Part shown: piece by piece, positions 1-12,781 of the stretch | Numbering within the stretch: the stretch's first letter is position 1 | Layout: every line of letters starts with the position of its first letter | Assembly: GCF_963921235.1 (NCBI RefSeq) | Contig: NC_086129.1 | Span: 6,634,001-6,698,000 of the forward strand | Length of the DNA stretch: 64,000 nt | Direction of reading: 5' to 3' | Origin: Mobula hypostoma | Lineage: Eukaryota | Program-made: the position numbers and the translations under genes | Notes under the pieces: model-generated | Seen by the model: only the letters and a program-made list of their open reading frames with translations | Databases searched by the model: none | Told to the model about the DNA's origin: nothing

Positions 1-857
1 AGTTGAGGGTGTTGTGAAGAGTGTGGACAGTTCTCCAGAGGTTACAGCAGGACGCAGATAGGATGCAGAACTGGCAGATGGAGTTCAACCCAGATAAGTG
101 TGCTGTGGTTTATTTCGGTACATCAAATTTGAAGACAGAATACAACATTATGTTGGGACTATTGGCAATGTGGAGGGTCAGCGAGATCTTGTGGTCCATG
201 TCAATTTTACACTCAAAGCTGCAGCGCTGATTGACAATGTTGTTAAGAAGGCCTTCATCAACCATGGAACTGAGTTCAAGATTGGTGAGGTAATGTTACA
301 GCTATATAAGACCTTCTTTAAACCCACTTAGCGTCTTGTGTTCAGTTACTCCATTACAGGAAGGATGTGGATACTACAGAAAGACTGCAGAGGAGATTTA
401 CAAGGATGTTACATGGAATGGAGAACATGCCTTATGAGAATAGGTTGAGTGAACTTTGGAGCGACGGAGGATGAAAGGTGACCTGACAGATGTGTATAAG
501 ATGATGAAAGGCATTGATCGTGTGGATAGCCAGAGACTTTTTTCCTAGGGCTGAAATGGCAAACACGAGGGGCATAGTTTTAAGGTGCTTGGAAGTAGGG
601 TCAAAGGGGATGTCAGAGGTAGGTTTTTCACACAGAGAGTAGTAGGTGCATGGAATGCACTGCCAGCGATGATGGTAGAGGCAGATACCATGGAGTCTTT
701 TGAGAGACTGTTAGATATGTACATGGAGCTCAGGAAAACAGAGTGCAATGCGGTTGGGAAATCCGAAGCAGAAAAATGTCTAGAATAGGTTACATGGACG
801 GCACAACACTGTGGGCCGAAGGGCCTGTAATATATTGTAGATTTCTATGTTTCTATA
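1..857 (+). mobile_element. CR1 LINE 3' fragment (decayed ORF2 C-terminus, 3' UTR and tail)
   Basis: ORF pieces WQMEFNPDKC and RGRFFTQRVVGAWNALP; ends in a TTTCTATG-type tail at about 842-856. Confidence 0.9.
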
Positions 858-1544
858 TACAATCATCTTCGAACAAGGCACGGATCAGACATTCTGACTG
901 ACCATCAAATTCTCTGACTGTATTCCCGTCTGTGTGAGAATGCGCTATTTCTGACTTCAATCAACCTAAGACTTGGCTCAATATGCCTCTGTCCTTTGGT
1001 ATTATTTCAAGTTCTGGTCATGTTCCACAAGACTACAAAGAGCACTTGTTTCTACATGTATGATCCTGGAGATTTACCAATTACTCAGATACCCTCCCAC
1101 CAGCCGATTGACAGTGATGAACCCATCGATGGCAATGCCAATGAATATAAAGTGGAAGGCAGTGGCGATTCACATTGGACTGCGTCACTTCTGTGATGTA
1201 AAAGCCACAAGTCACTTGTCATCGAGGCAAAGGTGTTTCATATCGTTATTTACTCAGAGAGAACTAAATCTGACGGAAGGTTTTATTTCCATACAGCTCA
1301 AATTGACATTTTCACTGACTGGAAGGTGAACTCTTCAACAGAGATTAACTGGGAACTATATTTTTGTTCCGACTTACAAATCCTTGGATTTACATAGCTG
1401 AAACACGGCAGTGTTTGGGAGGTACATTCGCTCCCATTTCCTTCGACTGCACGGGAACAATGCTTGGTAGTGTCATCCATGGCTGCCTCTTTACCCAGAA
1501 GTCCCCACGACCCAGAAACCTGTCTGTCAGCCACCGAACAACAG

Positions 1545-1840
1545 AGCGGTGCGCATGCGCCGCAGAAACGGCGGCGGCCCACCGCTCATCAGCCGAAAGC
1601 CTGGCGGCACTGGGTACGGATCGTGGGGCTGAGAAAGAGGGAACGGACCGGGGCTGTCCTGGGGTGCAGGACCAGTGCGCCAGGAGCTCACAGTAATAGC
1701 CCGTCAATCACGTTTCAGACGCCGCTGATTAATTCCCCACCGGAGACCCCTCCTACCTGCGGCCGGTCTTTGTGAGCCTCTCGTCTGCTGAGCGCATGCG
1801 CGATATTTGGGATTACCTCATACCTCTGCGCATGCGCGTG
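1545..1840 (-). promoter_or_regulatory. CpG-rich promoter and non-coding first exon, probably of a ZNF paralog left of the window
   Basis: Three GCGCATGCGC (NRF1 consensus) sites at 1551, 1792 and 1828; minus-strand donor CAG|GTAGGA with GT at 1756-1755. Confidence 0.65.
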
Positions 1841-1845
1841 TGAGC

Positions 1846-2100
1846 AAACAGAAGGAAATCTGCAGATGCCGAAATCCAAAACAACAGACGGAAAATGCTG
1901 GGGGAAAGTCAGGGAGACAGACGGCAACTATGGAGAGAAGTGAACAGTCGGCCTTTCAGACCCAGACCCTTCTTCAGCACTGGAAAGGAAGGGAGGGAGT
2001 CAGAATGTGGGGCAGGTGAGGTGATAGGGTAAACCGGGAGAGGGGGAGGAGTGAAGTAAAGAGCTGGGAAGTTGATTGTTGAGAGATAAAGGGCTGGAGA
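1846..2100 (-). mobile_element. Penelope-like element terminal (pLTR) remnant
   Basis: Diverged match to the Penelope terminus at 18945-19300; degenerate hammerhead core at about 1945-1981. Confidence 0.75.
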
Positions 2101-3540
2101 ATAATAATAATAATAATAATAATAAATACTCTATTGATTCCGAGTGGGAAATTCATTCGTTTCAGCAGCAACATCTAAAAGCACAGCAAGCAGCGGGCAG
2201 ACTTTACTGAAAATAAACTACAGAATAATAATATACACAATAACACTGTATCAGTGTGCAATAATAATGTATGAAACAACAATACAGAAACTATTGAACT
2301 ATGATGTGTGTTCACCTGTCGCAGAAGATTTTTGTTACGATCCTTGTGAGGGCGGAGCTGAGTGAGTTTGTTGAAAAGGGGTCGGGGGCTTTGCTGCCGA
2401 TTCAGTAGGTCATGGAGAGGATGTTCCGGATTGTCCATAATCGATAACAGTTTGATCAGTGACATCCACTCACTCGAAAGAGTCCGGGTTGTGGCCAAGG
2501 ATGGATCCAACCTTTCTGATGAGTTTATTTAGTCTTTCCCAACGTAAAGCAGCGAAGAAGACTGCACTCGCTACAACAGACTGGTAAAAGATCTGCGACA
2601 TCCTGCCTCACGTGTTCAAGGATCTCGGCTTCCTTAGAAAATAGAGTCTGCTCATCCCCTTCTTTTAAACAGTCTTGGTGTTGGTTTTCCAGTTGGACAT
2701 CTCTTGCCGAGGCGAACACCCAGGTATTTGTCCTCCTTCACCATCGCAACTTTTTCTCCCAGAATGTATACAGGACTCATCACAGTCCTCTTCCTCGTAA
2801 AATCTATCACCATTTCCCTGGTTTTGACCTCGTTCAGGAGCAGTTGATTCTTCCCTCACTATCGCACAGTCCTGTTAAACCAGCCCTCTGTACCCCGAGT
2901 CCTGTCCATCTCTGATGCACCCAACTACGGCAGAGCCATCAGAGAACATCTTTAGGTGGCCAGACTCAGAGTTGTACTGAAAGTCTGAGGTGTTCAGTGT
3001 GAACAGAAACGGAGACAGGACAGTCCCTTGTGGGGCTCCAGTGTCACTCACCTCCACCTCAGGCACAGAACCACCCAGCGGTACAAACTGGGGTCTATCA
3101 GTCATGAAGGGAGTAATCCAGGAGATAGTGAATTTGACTACGCCCATCCTTGCTCAGACAACGTGGCTGGATTGTATTGAAGGCATTAAAGAAATCAAAA
3201 ACAGTGACTCTCACAATGCCACCAGCATCATCCCGGTGGGAGTGAGCTCGCTGCAACAGGGAGATGATGGTATCATCCGCTCCCTCATCAGGTTGGTAGG
3301 GAAACTGTAGAGGGTCCAAGGTAAGTCTGGACCTGCCTCTGCATCACCTTCATCACATGAGGGCAATTGGTCTGCTGTCATTATGTCCAGATGGAGTCAC
3401 CGTATTGGGTAAAGGAACCAAAGAGGAAGTCTTCCCCAGCACCGGTATCTTTTCCTGTCTCAGTCTCAGATTGTAATGGTGCTGCAAAATCCCAGAGAAC
3501 AGGATCGTACAGGCCTTCAGTACCCTGGGGCTGATACCAA
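2101..3540 (-). mobile_element. Rex1/Babar LINE, 5'-truncated and decayed
   Basis: RT motifs DPLQFPYQ, FDFFNAFNTIQP, TGAPQGTVLSPFLFTL and GISPRVLKAC; (TTA)n tail at 2101-2123. Confidence 0.85.
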
Positions 3541-5100
3541 CAGGGTCAGCAGATGTAGTCTCTCCCCTTGTCTCCTACCCTGACCTACAGTCACTGTCAG
3601 ACGGGACAGCAGATGTAGTCTCTCCCCCTGTCTCCTACCCTGACCTGCAGTCACTGTCAGACGGGTCAGCAGATGTAGTCTCTCCCCCTGTCTCCTACCC
3701 TGACCTACAGTCACTGTCAGACGGGACAGCAGATGTAGTCTCTCCCCCTGTCTCCTACCCTGACCTACAGTCACTGTCAGACGGGACGGCAGATGTAGTC
3801 TCTCCCCCTGTCTCCTACCCTGACCTGCAGTCACTGTCAGACGGGACAGCAGATGTAGTCTCTCCCCCTGTCTCCTACCCTGACCTGCAGTCACTGTCAG
3901 ACGGGACAGCAGATGTAGTCTCTCCCCCTGTCTCCTACCCTGACCTACAGTCACTGTCAGACGGGTCAGCAGATGTAGTCTCTCCCCCTGTCTCCTACCC
4001 TGACCTGCAGTCACTGTCAGACGGGACAGCAGATGTAGTCTCTCCCCCTGTCTCCTACCCTGACCTACAGTCACTGTCAGACGGGTCAGCAGATGTAGTC
4101 TCTCCCCCTGTCTCCTACCCTGACCTGCAGTCACTGTCAGACGGGTCAGCAGATGTAGTCTCTCCCCCTGTCTCCTACCCTGACCTGCAGTCACTGTCAG
4201 ACGGGACAGCAGATGTAGTCTCTCCCCCTGTCTCCTACCCTGACCTGCAGTCACTGTCAGACGGGACAGCAGATGTAGTCTCTCCCCCTGTCTCCTACCC
4301 TGACCTGCAGTCACTGTCAGACGGGTCAGCAGATGTAGTCTCTCCCCCTGTCTCCTACCCTGACCTACAGTCACTGTCAGACGGGACAGCAGATGTAGTC
4401 TCTCCCCCTGTCTCCTACCCTGACCTACAGTCACTGTCAGACGGGTCAGCAGATGTAGTCTCTCCCCCTGTCTCCTACCCTGACCTGCAGTCACTGTCAG
4501 ACGGGACAGCAGATGTAGTCTCTCCCCCTGTCTCCTACCCTGACCTGCAGTCACTGTCAGACGGGACAGCAGATGTAGTCTCTCCCCCTGTCTCCTACCC
4601 TGACCTGCAGTCACTGTCAGACGGGACAGCAGATATAGTCTCTCCCCCTGTCTCCTACCCTGACCTACAGTCACTGTCAGACGGGACAGCAGATGTAGTC
4701 TCTCTCCCTGTCTCCTACCCTGACCTGCAGTCACTGTCAGACGGGCCGGCAGACGGAGTCTCTCCCCCTGTCTCCTACCCTGACCTGCAGTCACTGTCAG
4801 ACAGGACAGCAGATGTAGTCTCTCCCCCTGTCTCCTACCCTGACCTGCAGTCACTGTCAGATGGGACAGCAGACGGAGTCTCTCCCCCTGTCTCCTACCC
4901 TGACCTGCAGTCACTGTCAGACAGGACAGCAGATGTAGTCTCTCCCCCTGTCTCCTACCCTGACCTACAGTCACTGTCAGACGGGACAGCAGATGTAGTC
5001 TCTCCCCCTGTCTCCTACCCTGACCTACAGTCTCTGTCAGACGGGACAGCAGATGTAGTCTCTCCCCCTGTCTCCTACCCTGACCTACAGTCACTGTCAG
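3541..5100. repeat. 60-bp minisatellite, 26 copies
   Basis: Exact 60-bp period, unit ACGGGACAGCAGATGTAGTCTCTCCCCCTGTCTCCTACCCTGACCTGCAGTCACTGTCAG; minus frame is stop-free (525-aa ORF). Confidence 0.99.
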
Positions 5101-5379
5101 ATGGTAACTAAATCCAGTTGCGAGTTGACGAGGGACTGTTAATGTCAGATTTTGCAGATATTGCAGCAGTTCATCACACCCAGGACTGAACCCTGGTCAC
5201 TCAGCATTGCAGGGGTTTGTTAGACTGGAACTCCACATGATACAGCACAATCAGGCCATTCGGCCCATCGAGTGTGCTCTGAGATTTCGTCAGTGCTCAG
5301 TTCCAGTTCATCGCTGAACACACAATCCAGAATAGCTGATCCCCAGTGTGTTCAACTGACATCTCGAAGGCATTTTACA

Positions 5380-5900
5380 AATTTCCCCCTCTGTAATCAA
5401 CACTAACCTGATTTTCCTAATTGTAATCCCCCATGACTATCTTAACATAGCCCTCTTGGCATGCATTTTCTCTCCAATTGTAATTCGTCGACCACATCCT
5501 TACAACGGTTGGAGGTCTGCATATAAATCATCGCAGGGTCTTGTTACGCTTAATGATTCTTCGCTCTACCTACAGAGATTTTACATCTTCTGATCCTTTG
5601 CCGCCCCTTTTTTTTGTAATGATTTGATTTCATATTTACCAGCAGAGGCACCCACCCCCTTTGCCTACTTACCTGTCCTTTAGATACAACGAGTCTGCTT
5701 GGACGTTAAGCTCCGGGTTGTAATCTTCTTTCAGCCACGACATGGAGATGTACTCAAATCACACTGTGCTAAAAGTTCACCTCTGTTACTCTGTACACTG
5801 TGCACATTCCTTCAGTCCTGCATTCATCACCCTTATAGATGTTGTCTCACTCTAACGGTGCAACTCTTTCCGTTGACTGCAATTTTCACCTGATATCAGC
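5380..5900 (-). mobile_element. CR1 ORF2 endonuclease-region remnant
   Basis: Decayed similarity to the EN-coding portions of other CR1 copies in the window (VMGD-type motif near 5430). Confidence 0.6.
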
Positions 5901-6329
5901 CTCTGCATTTTTTTTATCACGTGTGATCGTGAACAATAGCCAGAATCAGAAATGCTGATCAAGTCAGCTAGTTCCCAAACAGAACTCTGATAGGCCAATC
6001 AGACGGTTCACTGCTGCTCAGCGATAGAACACAAAAAAAATCATATGTACAATTAAGAAACATTTAAAAAAAATAGTAGAAATACTGGAGTCATGATGAT
6101 CATCATGAAGTCTGCTGGAGAGAGACATTTATACACATGCTGTCCTCCATTATTCAAACAGATTGAAGAATAAGGTTGGAGGGTGACAAAACGTGACAGA
6201 AGTACTTGGAACTAAAAACTAATCATGACCGGGAGAAAACAGCATCTGTTCTTTACGCACTGTTCTCTAGCAGTTTAAGGACTAAGTCCAGCTGGAACAA
6301 AACTCAAAGTGCTCTTGAAAGTCAGGTAT

Positions 6330-6680
6330 TAACCCTACCTGCCAACAGCCAAGCATTGCCATCCTGGTCCCCTTCATCATATCTTATGAAGAAGCATGTG
6401 CCTTCCCTCCCAGAGATGATAGGTGTTTGTGCACTCGACTCTTGAAGACTTGGAACCCATCGTCGCTGATGTTTCCAACCACAGCATCTGGAAGGCTGTT
6501 CCAAATTCTGATAGCACAGTGAAGGAAACTTCTATTCAGTGTGTAGGTTCTCGTATCAGGCATAGAAACAGCATGAGCAGGCAGAGATAAACCTGATCGT
6601 GTGGTGTGCCGTCTCTCATAACATGAAGGCAGCATGGCGCTTGCTGCTACTCTCACTGTACGCTACCTCTGTTGCCAACC
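6330..6680 (-). mobile_element. LINE (CR1/L2 group) ORF2 C-terminal fragment
   Basis: ORF with RSFLHCAIRIWNSLP...FKSRV, a typical LINE C-terminus. Confidence 0.7.
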
Positions 6681-6744
6681 AACTACCTCATCCCCAGCAC
6701 TCACACTCCGGTTCCCATCCCCCTGACAAGTTATTTTAAACACA

Positions 6745-6920
6745 AGCTGTAACAAACCTGCCCATGAGCATACTGGACCCCTCCAGGTTCAGGTGCAACC
6801 CGTCCCTGTTGTACAGATCATTCCATCCCCAGGAGAGATCCCAATGACCCAGAGATCTGCTTCAATGCCCCTGCACCAGTTCCTCAGCCACACATTCATC
6901 TGCCGAATCATCCTACTCTT
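6745..6920 (-). mobile_element. CR1 ORF1 esterase (SGNH) fragment
   Basis: Minus strand reads QMNVWLRNWCR...LYNRDGLHLN. Confidence 0.75.
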
Positions 6921-6924
6921 ACCC

Positions 6925-7300
6925 GATTTTGAAATGTTGCCTCACCTGGAAGGACTGTTTCTCAGCCAGAATGGAGCTGAGGGAGGAAGTAAATGGGAGC
7001 GTGTAGAACTTCCCTCGCTGGCAAGGATATGTTCCAGGAGGGAGATCAGTGGGGGGAGCGGGGTGAGGTAAAGATAGGAAGGTAGGAAGTGGTTTAGTCA
7101 AGATAAGAGTGCATATCGGTCGGGTTATAAAAAATGTCAGCTGGTGTGAGTGTGTTTTGTGAGCCCTGCTACCTGCCAGGGTGGGTGTCTTTCTCAGGTC
7201 AGCTGTCAGCTGATTGCGCCAGTGTGGATGGTGGAGGGCTTTACAGGGATGGCAAATCGTGTAGGGGTCAGGCGGGGTTACAAAATGACGATGTGTGTAG
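6925..7300 (-). mobile_element. Penelope-like fragment near the GIY-YIG domain
   Basis: PTDLPPGTYPC...KQSFQVRQHF; shares GCCTCACCTGGAAGGACTGTTT with 19693-19714. Confidence 0.7.
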
Positions 7301-7306
7301 GGCAAG

Positions 7307-7500
7307 AAGGGTTTTCACAGATGGTGAGGGCTGCAAGGATCGGAGGTGTTAACAGAAATGGGCAGTGATGTAAGGGTTTTCATAGAGGGCGAGGTGTGAA
7401 GAATCGGAGGTGTTAACAGAAATGGGGAGTGACATAAGGGTTTCTCAGGGGCCGAGGGCCACAAGGATCGGAGGTGTTAACAGAAATGGGGAGTGACGTA
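7307..7500. repeat. About 64-bp degenerate tandem repeat, 3 copies
   Basis: ATCGGAGGTGTTAACAGAAATGGG occurs three times; AAGGGTTT starts at 7307, 7372 and 7436. Confidence 0.85.
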
Positions 7501-9019
7501 AGGGGGTGTGAAGGAATGCTTCTCCACCACTGGGGAAACGTACTTCATTTGTCGTACCAAAATGGCATTTCTTTCTGTAACAAAATGGAACCTGTATTGC
7601 ATCAGAGTGCTTTGCTAATAATCTTGGTGCAACATGATGCTGATGGTACCTGAGCACTTGAGTGCAGAACCGCAGCTGTGTTACTGGAAGAATGCCAAAT
7701 GTTGATTCAGCAGACAACAGAATGCACCCTGTCCTTGAACTTGTGTCCAAAGGGGTGATGGTATTGTCTCTTTTTGATAAAGCTATTACCAGCACCTGGG
7801 CAGTGCTAGTCTTCCCTTGCTGCAAATAAACATAAAGGCACTTATGATTGATCCACTCTGAGTTAACTGTTGTTGGTTACCAGACGTGGTGAAAAGGTGC
7901 TTAACACCATCTCTTACCTGGACACTCACTCTTACCCGCACCCGCACCTTACTCCCCACCGCTTCGCCATCTCAACACGATACATCAATTCAGTAGAAAC
8001 TGAAATACCCATTCCGTCCACTGAATCTTCTCCACCATTCGATCACGGCTATTGGATGTCCCCTCTGAACCCCACGCTGCTGCCTTCTACCGGTCACCTT
8101 TGACACCCTTATTAATCAACAATCCACCATTTACTTACGTGAAGTCCATTACACCACTGGTGTTTGGGGCAGCAATGAGGAGATTGCAGAAGAGGTTCAC
8201 CAGGATGTTGTGTGGATTGGAATCATGAGCTACTGTCTGAGGAGAGTTCGGATAAACTTGGGCTGTTTTCTCTGGAGTGGAGGAGCTCAGGGTGACCTGA
8301 TAGAAGTTGATCAGATAACGAAAGATCTCGATAGAGTAGATAACTGCCATTTTTAATCTTCTGGGTCACAATGTCAAATACCAGAGAGCATGCATTTAGA
8401 CAGATGAGGAACCTGTGAAATTCATTGCCACGGACGGCTCAGAGGCCAAGTCATCCTGTTTAGATAAAACATACATTGATTAGTAAAGTCATCAAAGGTT
8501 AAAGGGTGAAGGCAGGAGAATGAGGTTGTGAAGGAAAATAAAAGACACTGGGACAGGTACAGAAAAAGGAAACTTTAGAGGGAGGTGTGTCAAGCACAGA
8601 CAGATGGGACAGACTCAGATAGGGGTTCTTGTCTGGCATGGAGCAGTGGGGCTGAACACCGGTTCATTTTCCACTCCTGGATCTTCACAGAGATCATTTC
8701 TCATCAGTACAAGTTTTAAAAACAATACGTTTCAATGTTCAAGTTCAACGTAAATTTATTATCAAAGTATGTTCACCAGATGCTATCAAACAATTCAGTT
8801 TCTTGTTGGCAAGGCAACTCAATGCTCACCCCCAGCCTGGGGTAGGGAATGGGACCAATTCCAGAGGGGGACGGTTGGGTGAGTCTGAGACTTTGTGAAT
8901 GAGCCCTAACACCATCCTCCTCATTCCCCTTATCCCTCCTCACTCCCCTCCCTCACACTCCACTGCATATGTTTGTGTGTGTCTGACAGAGAGAGAGAGA
9001 CCTGTCCGCCCACTTCACC

Positions 9020-9960
9020 CTCCAGCAACCATGTCCCCTCTACACCAATGCAAACTCCTGTACATACAGTAATCCTTGTGGGCTCAAATGATCCAATAAC
9101 ATTATGCCCTCCCTCCTGCACCAAATCCTTAGACACATGTTAAACTGTATAATGTTCCTATTCTTGGCATGTGGCAAAGGTGACAGACCTGTGGTCACAG
9201 CCCTGGACGAGCTGCCCTTTAACTTAGCACCTCACTCCCTGAACTCCCTTTGCAGAACCTTGTTACTCTACCAGCCCATATCATTGGTACCCACATGGAT
9301 CACGACCTTCACTGTTCACCCTCCTGAGCAAAGCTGAGTGCTCGGCTGGAGATAACCCAGACCTGGAGAACACAGGAAGCTACATACCATCCTGGAATCT
9401 CATTCCCACCCACAGAACATCCAGTAAGTTCCCTTAGCTAATGATTCACCAATGACCACAGCTCGCCTCTTCTCCACCCTCCCCTTCTCAGTCTCAGAGC
9501 CAGACTAAGTGCCAGAGACCCTCCTGCTGTGACCTTCCTTGGCCAGGTCATCCCACCGTCTTTAACTGTGACCAAAGTGATATATGTGTTGTTCAGGGGG
9601 TGGACACAGGGGTACACTGCACTTGCTTCCCCCACCCCCCACTTCCGCTTTGCGACTGTCACTCAGTTCCCTGTGGCGTACAGCCTGGTTACAACTACCT
9701 CTCTATATGTCCTACCTATCACCCCTCCGGCCTCTCGAATGATCTGGAGTTCATCCAGTTCCAGCTCCCACTCCTTAATGTGGATTATTCGGAGCTGAAG
9801 CTGGATGCCCTTCTCACAGGTGTAGTTATCGGGGACACAGGAGGGTCTCCTGCCTTCCCACATCCCGCAAGAGGAGCTTTCCACTATCCTGCCTGGCATC
9901 TCGACTGTTCTAACTGAGCAAATGTGAGGAAGGGGGCAAAAAAACTTCCACCTCCAGTGT
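9020..9960 (-). mobile_element. CR1 ORF1 region (zinc finger/leucine zipper into esterase)
   Basis: SSCGMWE...PDNYTCEK..QLQL...ELELDELQIIREA. Confidence 0.85.
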
Positions 9961-10259
9961 AATGTTGCCTTCTCTGTGCGAAGGCTGTCCTGACTGAACC
10001 CTCAAAGAGGTAAAGCCTCAAAGTCTCTACTCCAACTCTGCCCAGTCCAGCATCGGCCACTCCATTTGCTGCTGCCTAACGTTGGCATCTTCTTGATAAT
10101 CAAACCCGACTGTTGACTGGCCCCTGGTGAAAGCTCAAAAATAACCTGCCCTGAAACCACTGCCTTTAATGCTCAATTGGCCAACTTGAGTGAATTCCGT
10201 CCTCTGAAGCTTCTGATCTCTCCGATTAATGATGGGTCAAAGCCCGGCAGGGTGACACA

Positions 10260-10600
<341 letters not shown>

Positions 10601-10825
10601 ATGACCGGCGAGACCTCTCTCAGAAAGGGGTATCCTTGGTCGCTCCAATAGTGTTGTAAGTAATCCTGGAGTAACAAACATCAGCCTCATCAGTCCAAAA
10701 TGCATTTTCATGTCCCAACATCTTCTCAGTTAAGTTTCATTTCTATTCCTCAGACTTTCCGGCAAGTTCGGGGGTTCCTGTTCTCCAAAACGTAGCATGA
10801 CAGGTTTGGAGAGGGTGCACCACAC

Positions 10826-12781
10826 AGTGCTGTATTTGAATGCTCGCAGCATAAAAAATAAAGTGGATGGTCTTGAAATTCAGCTAGATTGGCAATATGA
10901 CGTTGTGGCCAAATCTGAAACTTGGCTAAAGGATGGCTGCCATTGGGTAAAAGAGAGTTGAGAATAGATAAACGACCAATAGAAAATGACACGGGAGATA
11001 TTGTGATGGGAGTCACAGAGCTGGCAGAGGAACTGAATGCGTATTTTGCATGATTCTTCACGGTGGAAGGCATCTGCAGTACTGAATATCGGACATTCAA
11101 GAGTGTCAGGAAAGTGAAGCACATGCAGTGAAAGTTACAACTGAGAAGGTGCTCAGGAAGGTTAAAGGTCTGAGGGTGGATAAATCTCCTGGATCTGATG
11201 GAATGCACCTTCGGGTTCTGAAGGAAATAGCTGGAGAGATTTTGTAGGCATTACTAAAGATCTTTCAAGAACTGATAGATTCTGGCATAGTACGTGATGA
11301 CTGGAAAATTACAAATGTTACTCCGCTATTTAAGAAGGGTGGGAGGCAGCAGAAAAGAAACTACAGACCTGAAAGCCTGAGTTCAGTGGTTGGGACGTTG
11401 CTGGAATCGATTGTTATGGATGAGATTACGGAGTACTGGGAGGCACATGACAAGATAGGCCAAAGCCTGCGTGGTTTCTTGAAAGGAAAATCCTGCCTTA
11501 CTAACCTACTGCAATTCTTTGAGGAAATTACAAGATGGGTAGACAAAGGAGATGCAGTAGACGTGGTATACTTGGATTTTCAGGGGCCTTTGAAAGGTGC
11601 TGCACATGAGGCTGCTTAGCAAGATAAATCCCATGGAATTACAGGGAATTTACTACCATGGGTGGAGCATTGGCTGATCAACAGAAAACAGAGTGGGAAT
11701 AAAGGGATCCTATTCTGGCTGGCTGCCGGTTACCACTGGAGTTCCACTGTGGTCGATGTTGAGACCACTGCTTTTTACAATGTATGTCAATGACTTGGAC
11801 TGTTGGATTAATGGATTTGTGGCTAAATTTGCTGATGATACAAAGATAGGTGGAGGAGCGGGCAGTGCTGAGGAAACAGAGTGCCGGCAGAGAGATTTAG
11901 ATAGTTTCAGGGAATGGGCCAAGAAGTAGTTAATGAAATACAATGTTGGAAGGTGTATGGTCATGCATATTGGTGAAAGAAATAAACAGGCAGACGATTA
12001 TTTAGATTGGGAGAGAATTCAAAATGCAGAGATGGAAAGGAACTTGGAAGTCCTTGTGCAGGATACCCTAAAGGTTAACCTCCAGGCTGAGTCGGTGGTG
12101 AAGAAGGTGAATGCAATGGTGGCATTAATTTCTCGAGGTATAGAATATAAGAGCTGGGATGTGATGTTGAGGCTCTATAAGGCTCTCATGAGACTACACT
12201 TGGAGTATTGTGTGCAGTTTTGGGCTCCTTATTTTAGAATGGATATACTGACATTGGAGAGGGTTCAGAGAAGATTCACAAGAATTATTCCAGGAATGAA
12301 AGGGTTACCATACGAGAAGCATCTGTCTTCTTTTGGGCTGTATTCCCTGGAGTTCAGGAGAATGGTGGGGGCCGGGAGGCAGTGGGGGGTGGACGGAATC
12401 TCATTGAAACATTCTGAATGTTAAAAGCTCTGAACAGAGTAGATATGGGAAAGTTATTCCCAATGTGTCGGGGAGGCTATGACAAGAGAGCACAACTTCA
12501 GGATTGGAGGATATCCATTTAGAACAGAGATGAGGAGAACTTACTTTAGTCAGAGGGTGGTAAATTTGTGCAATTTGTTGCCACAAGCAACTGTGGAGGC
12601 CAAGTCCTTTGGCGCATCTAAGCCAGAGAGAGATGGGTTCTTGATTAGCCAGGCCATCAAAGGGTATGGGGAGAAGGCAGGGGAGTGGGGATGACTGGAA
12701 GAATTGGATCAGCCCATGACCGAATGGCGGAGCAGACTCGAAAGGCCGAATGGCCGACTTCTGCTCCTATATCTTATAGTC
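10826..12781 (+). mobile_element. CR1 LINE ORF2 (internally deleted, disrupted) with 3' tail abutting the ZNF stop
   Basis: KSCLTNLL, VVYLDFQ, KFADDTKIGG, HLEYCVQFWAP; tail CTGCTCCTATATCTTATAGTCT. Confidence 0.92.

Larger units (their letters stand above)
1..1865. repeat. Segmental duplication copy 1 (paralog of 16570-18424); runs off the left edge of the window
   Basis: Colinear match, roughly 90-95% by eye, across CR1, unique DNA and the CpG island; similarity ends at GGAAATCTGCAGA. Confidence 0.95.

Noticed and set aside
1364-1775. Overlapping 100-110-aa ORFs conserved in both duplicates
   Set aside because: GC-rich promoter DNA open in several frames, with many amino-acid differences between the copies.
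3517-5094. 525-aa ORF as a real gene, or the array as CRISPR
   Set aside because: Pure tandem repeat with no unique spacers. The ORF starts at GTG, and openness follows from a stop-free unit whose length is divisible by 3.
7540-7850. 3'-UTR-like unique segment ending near AATAAA
   Set aside because: No poly(A) tail, TSD or coding part to support a retrocopy.
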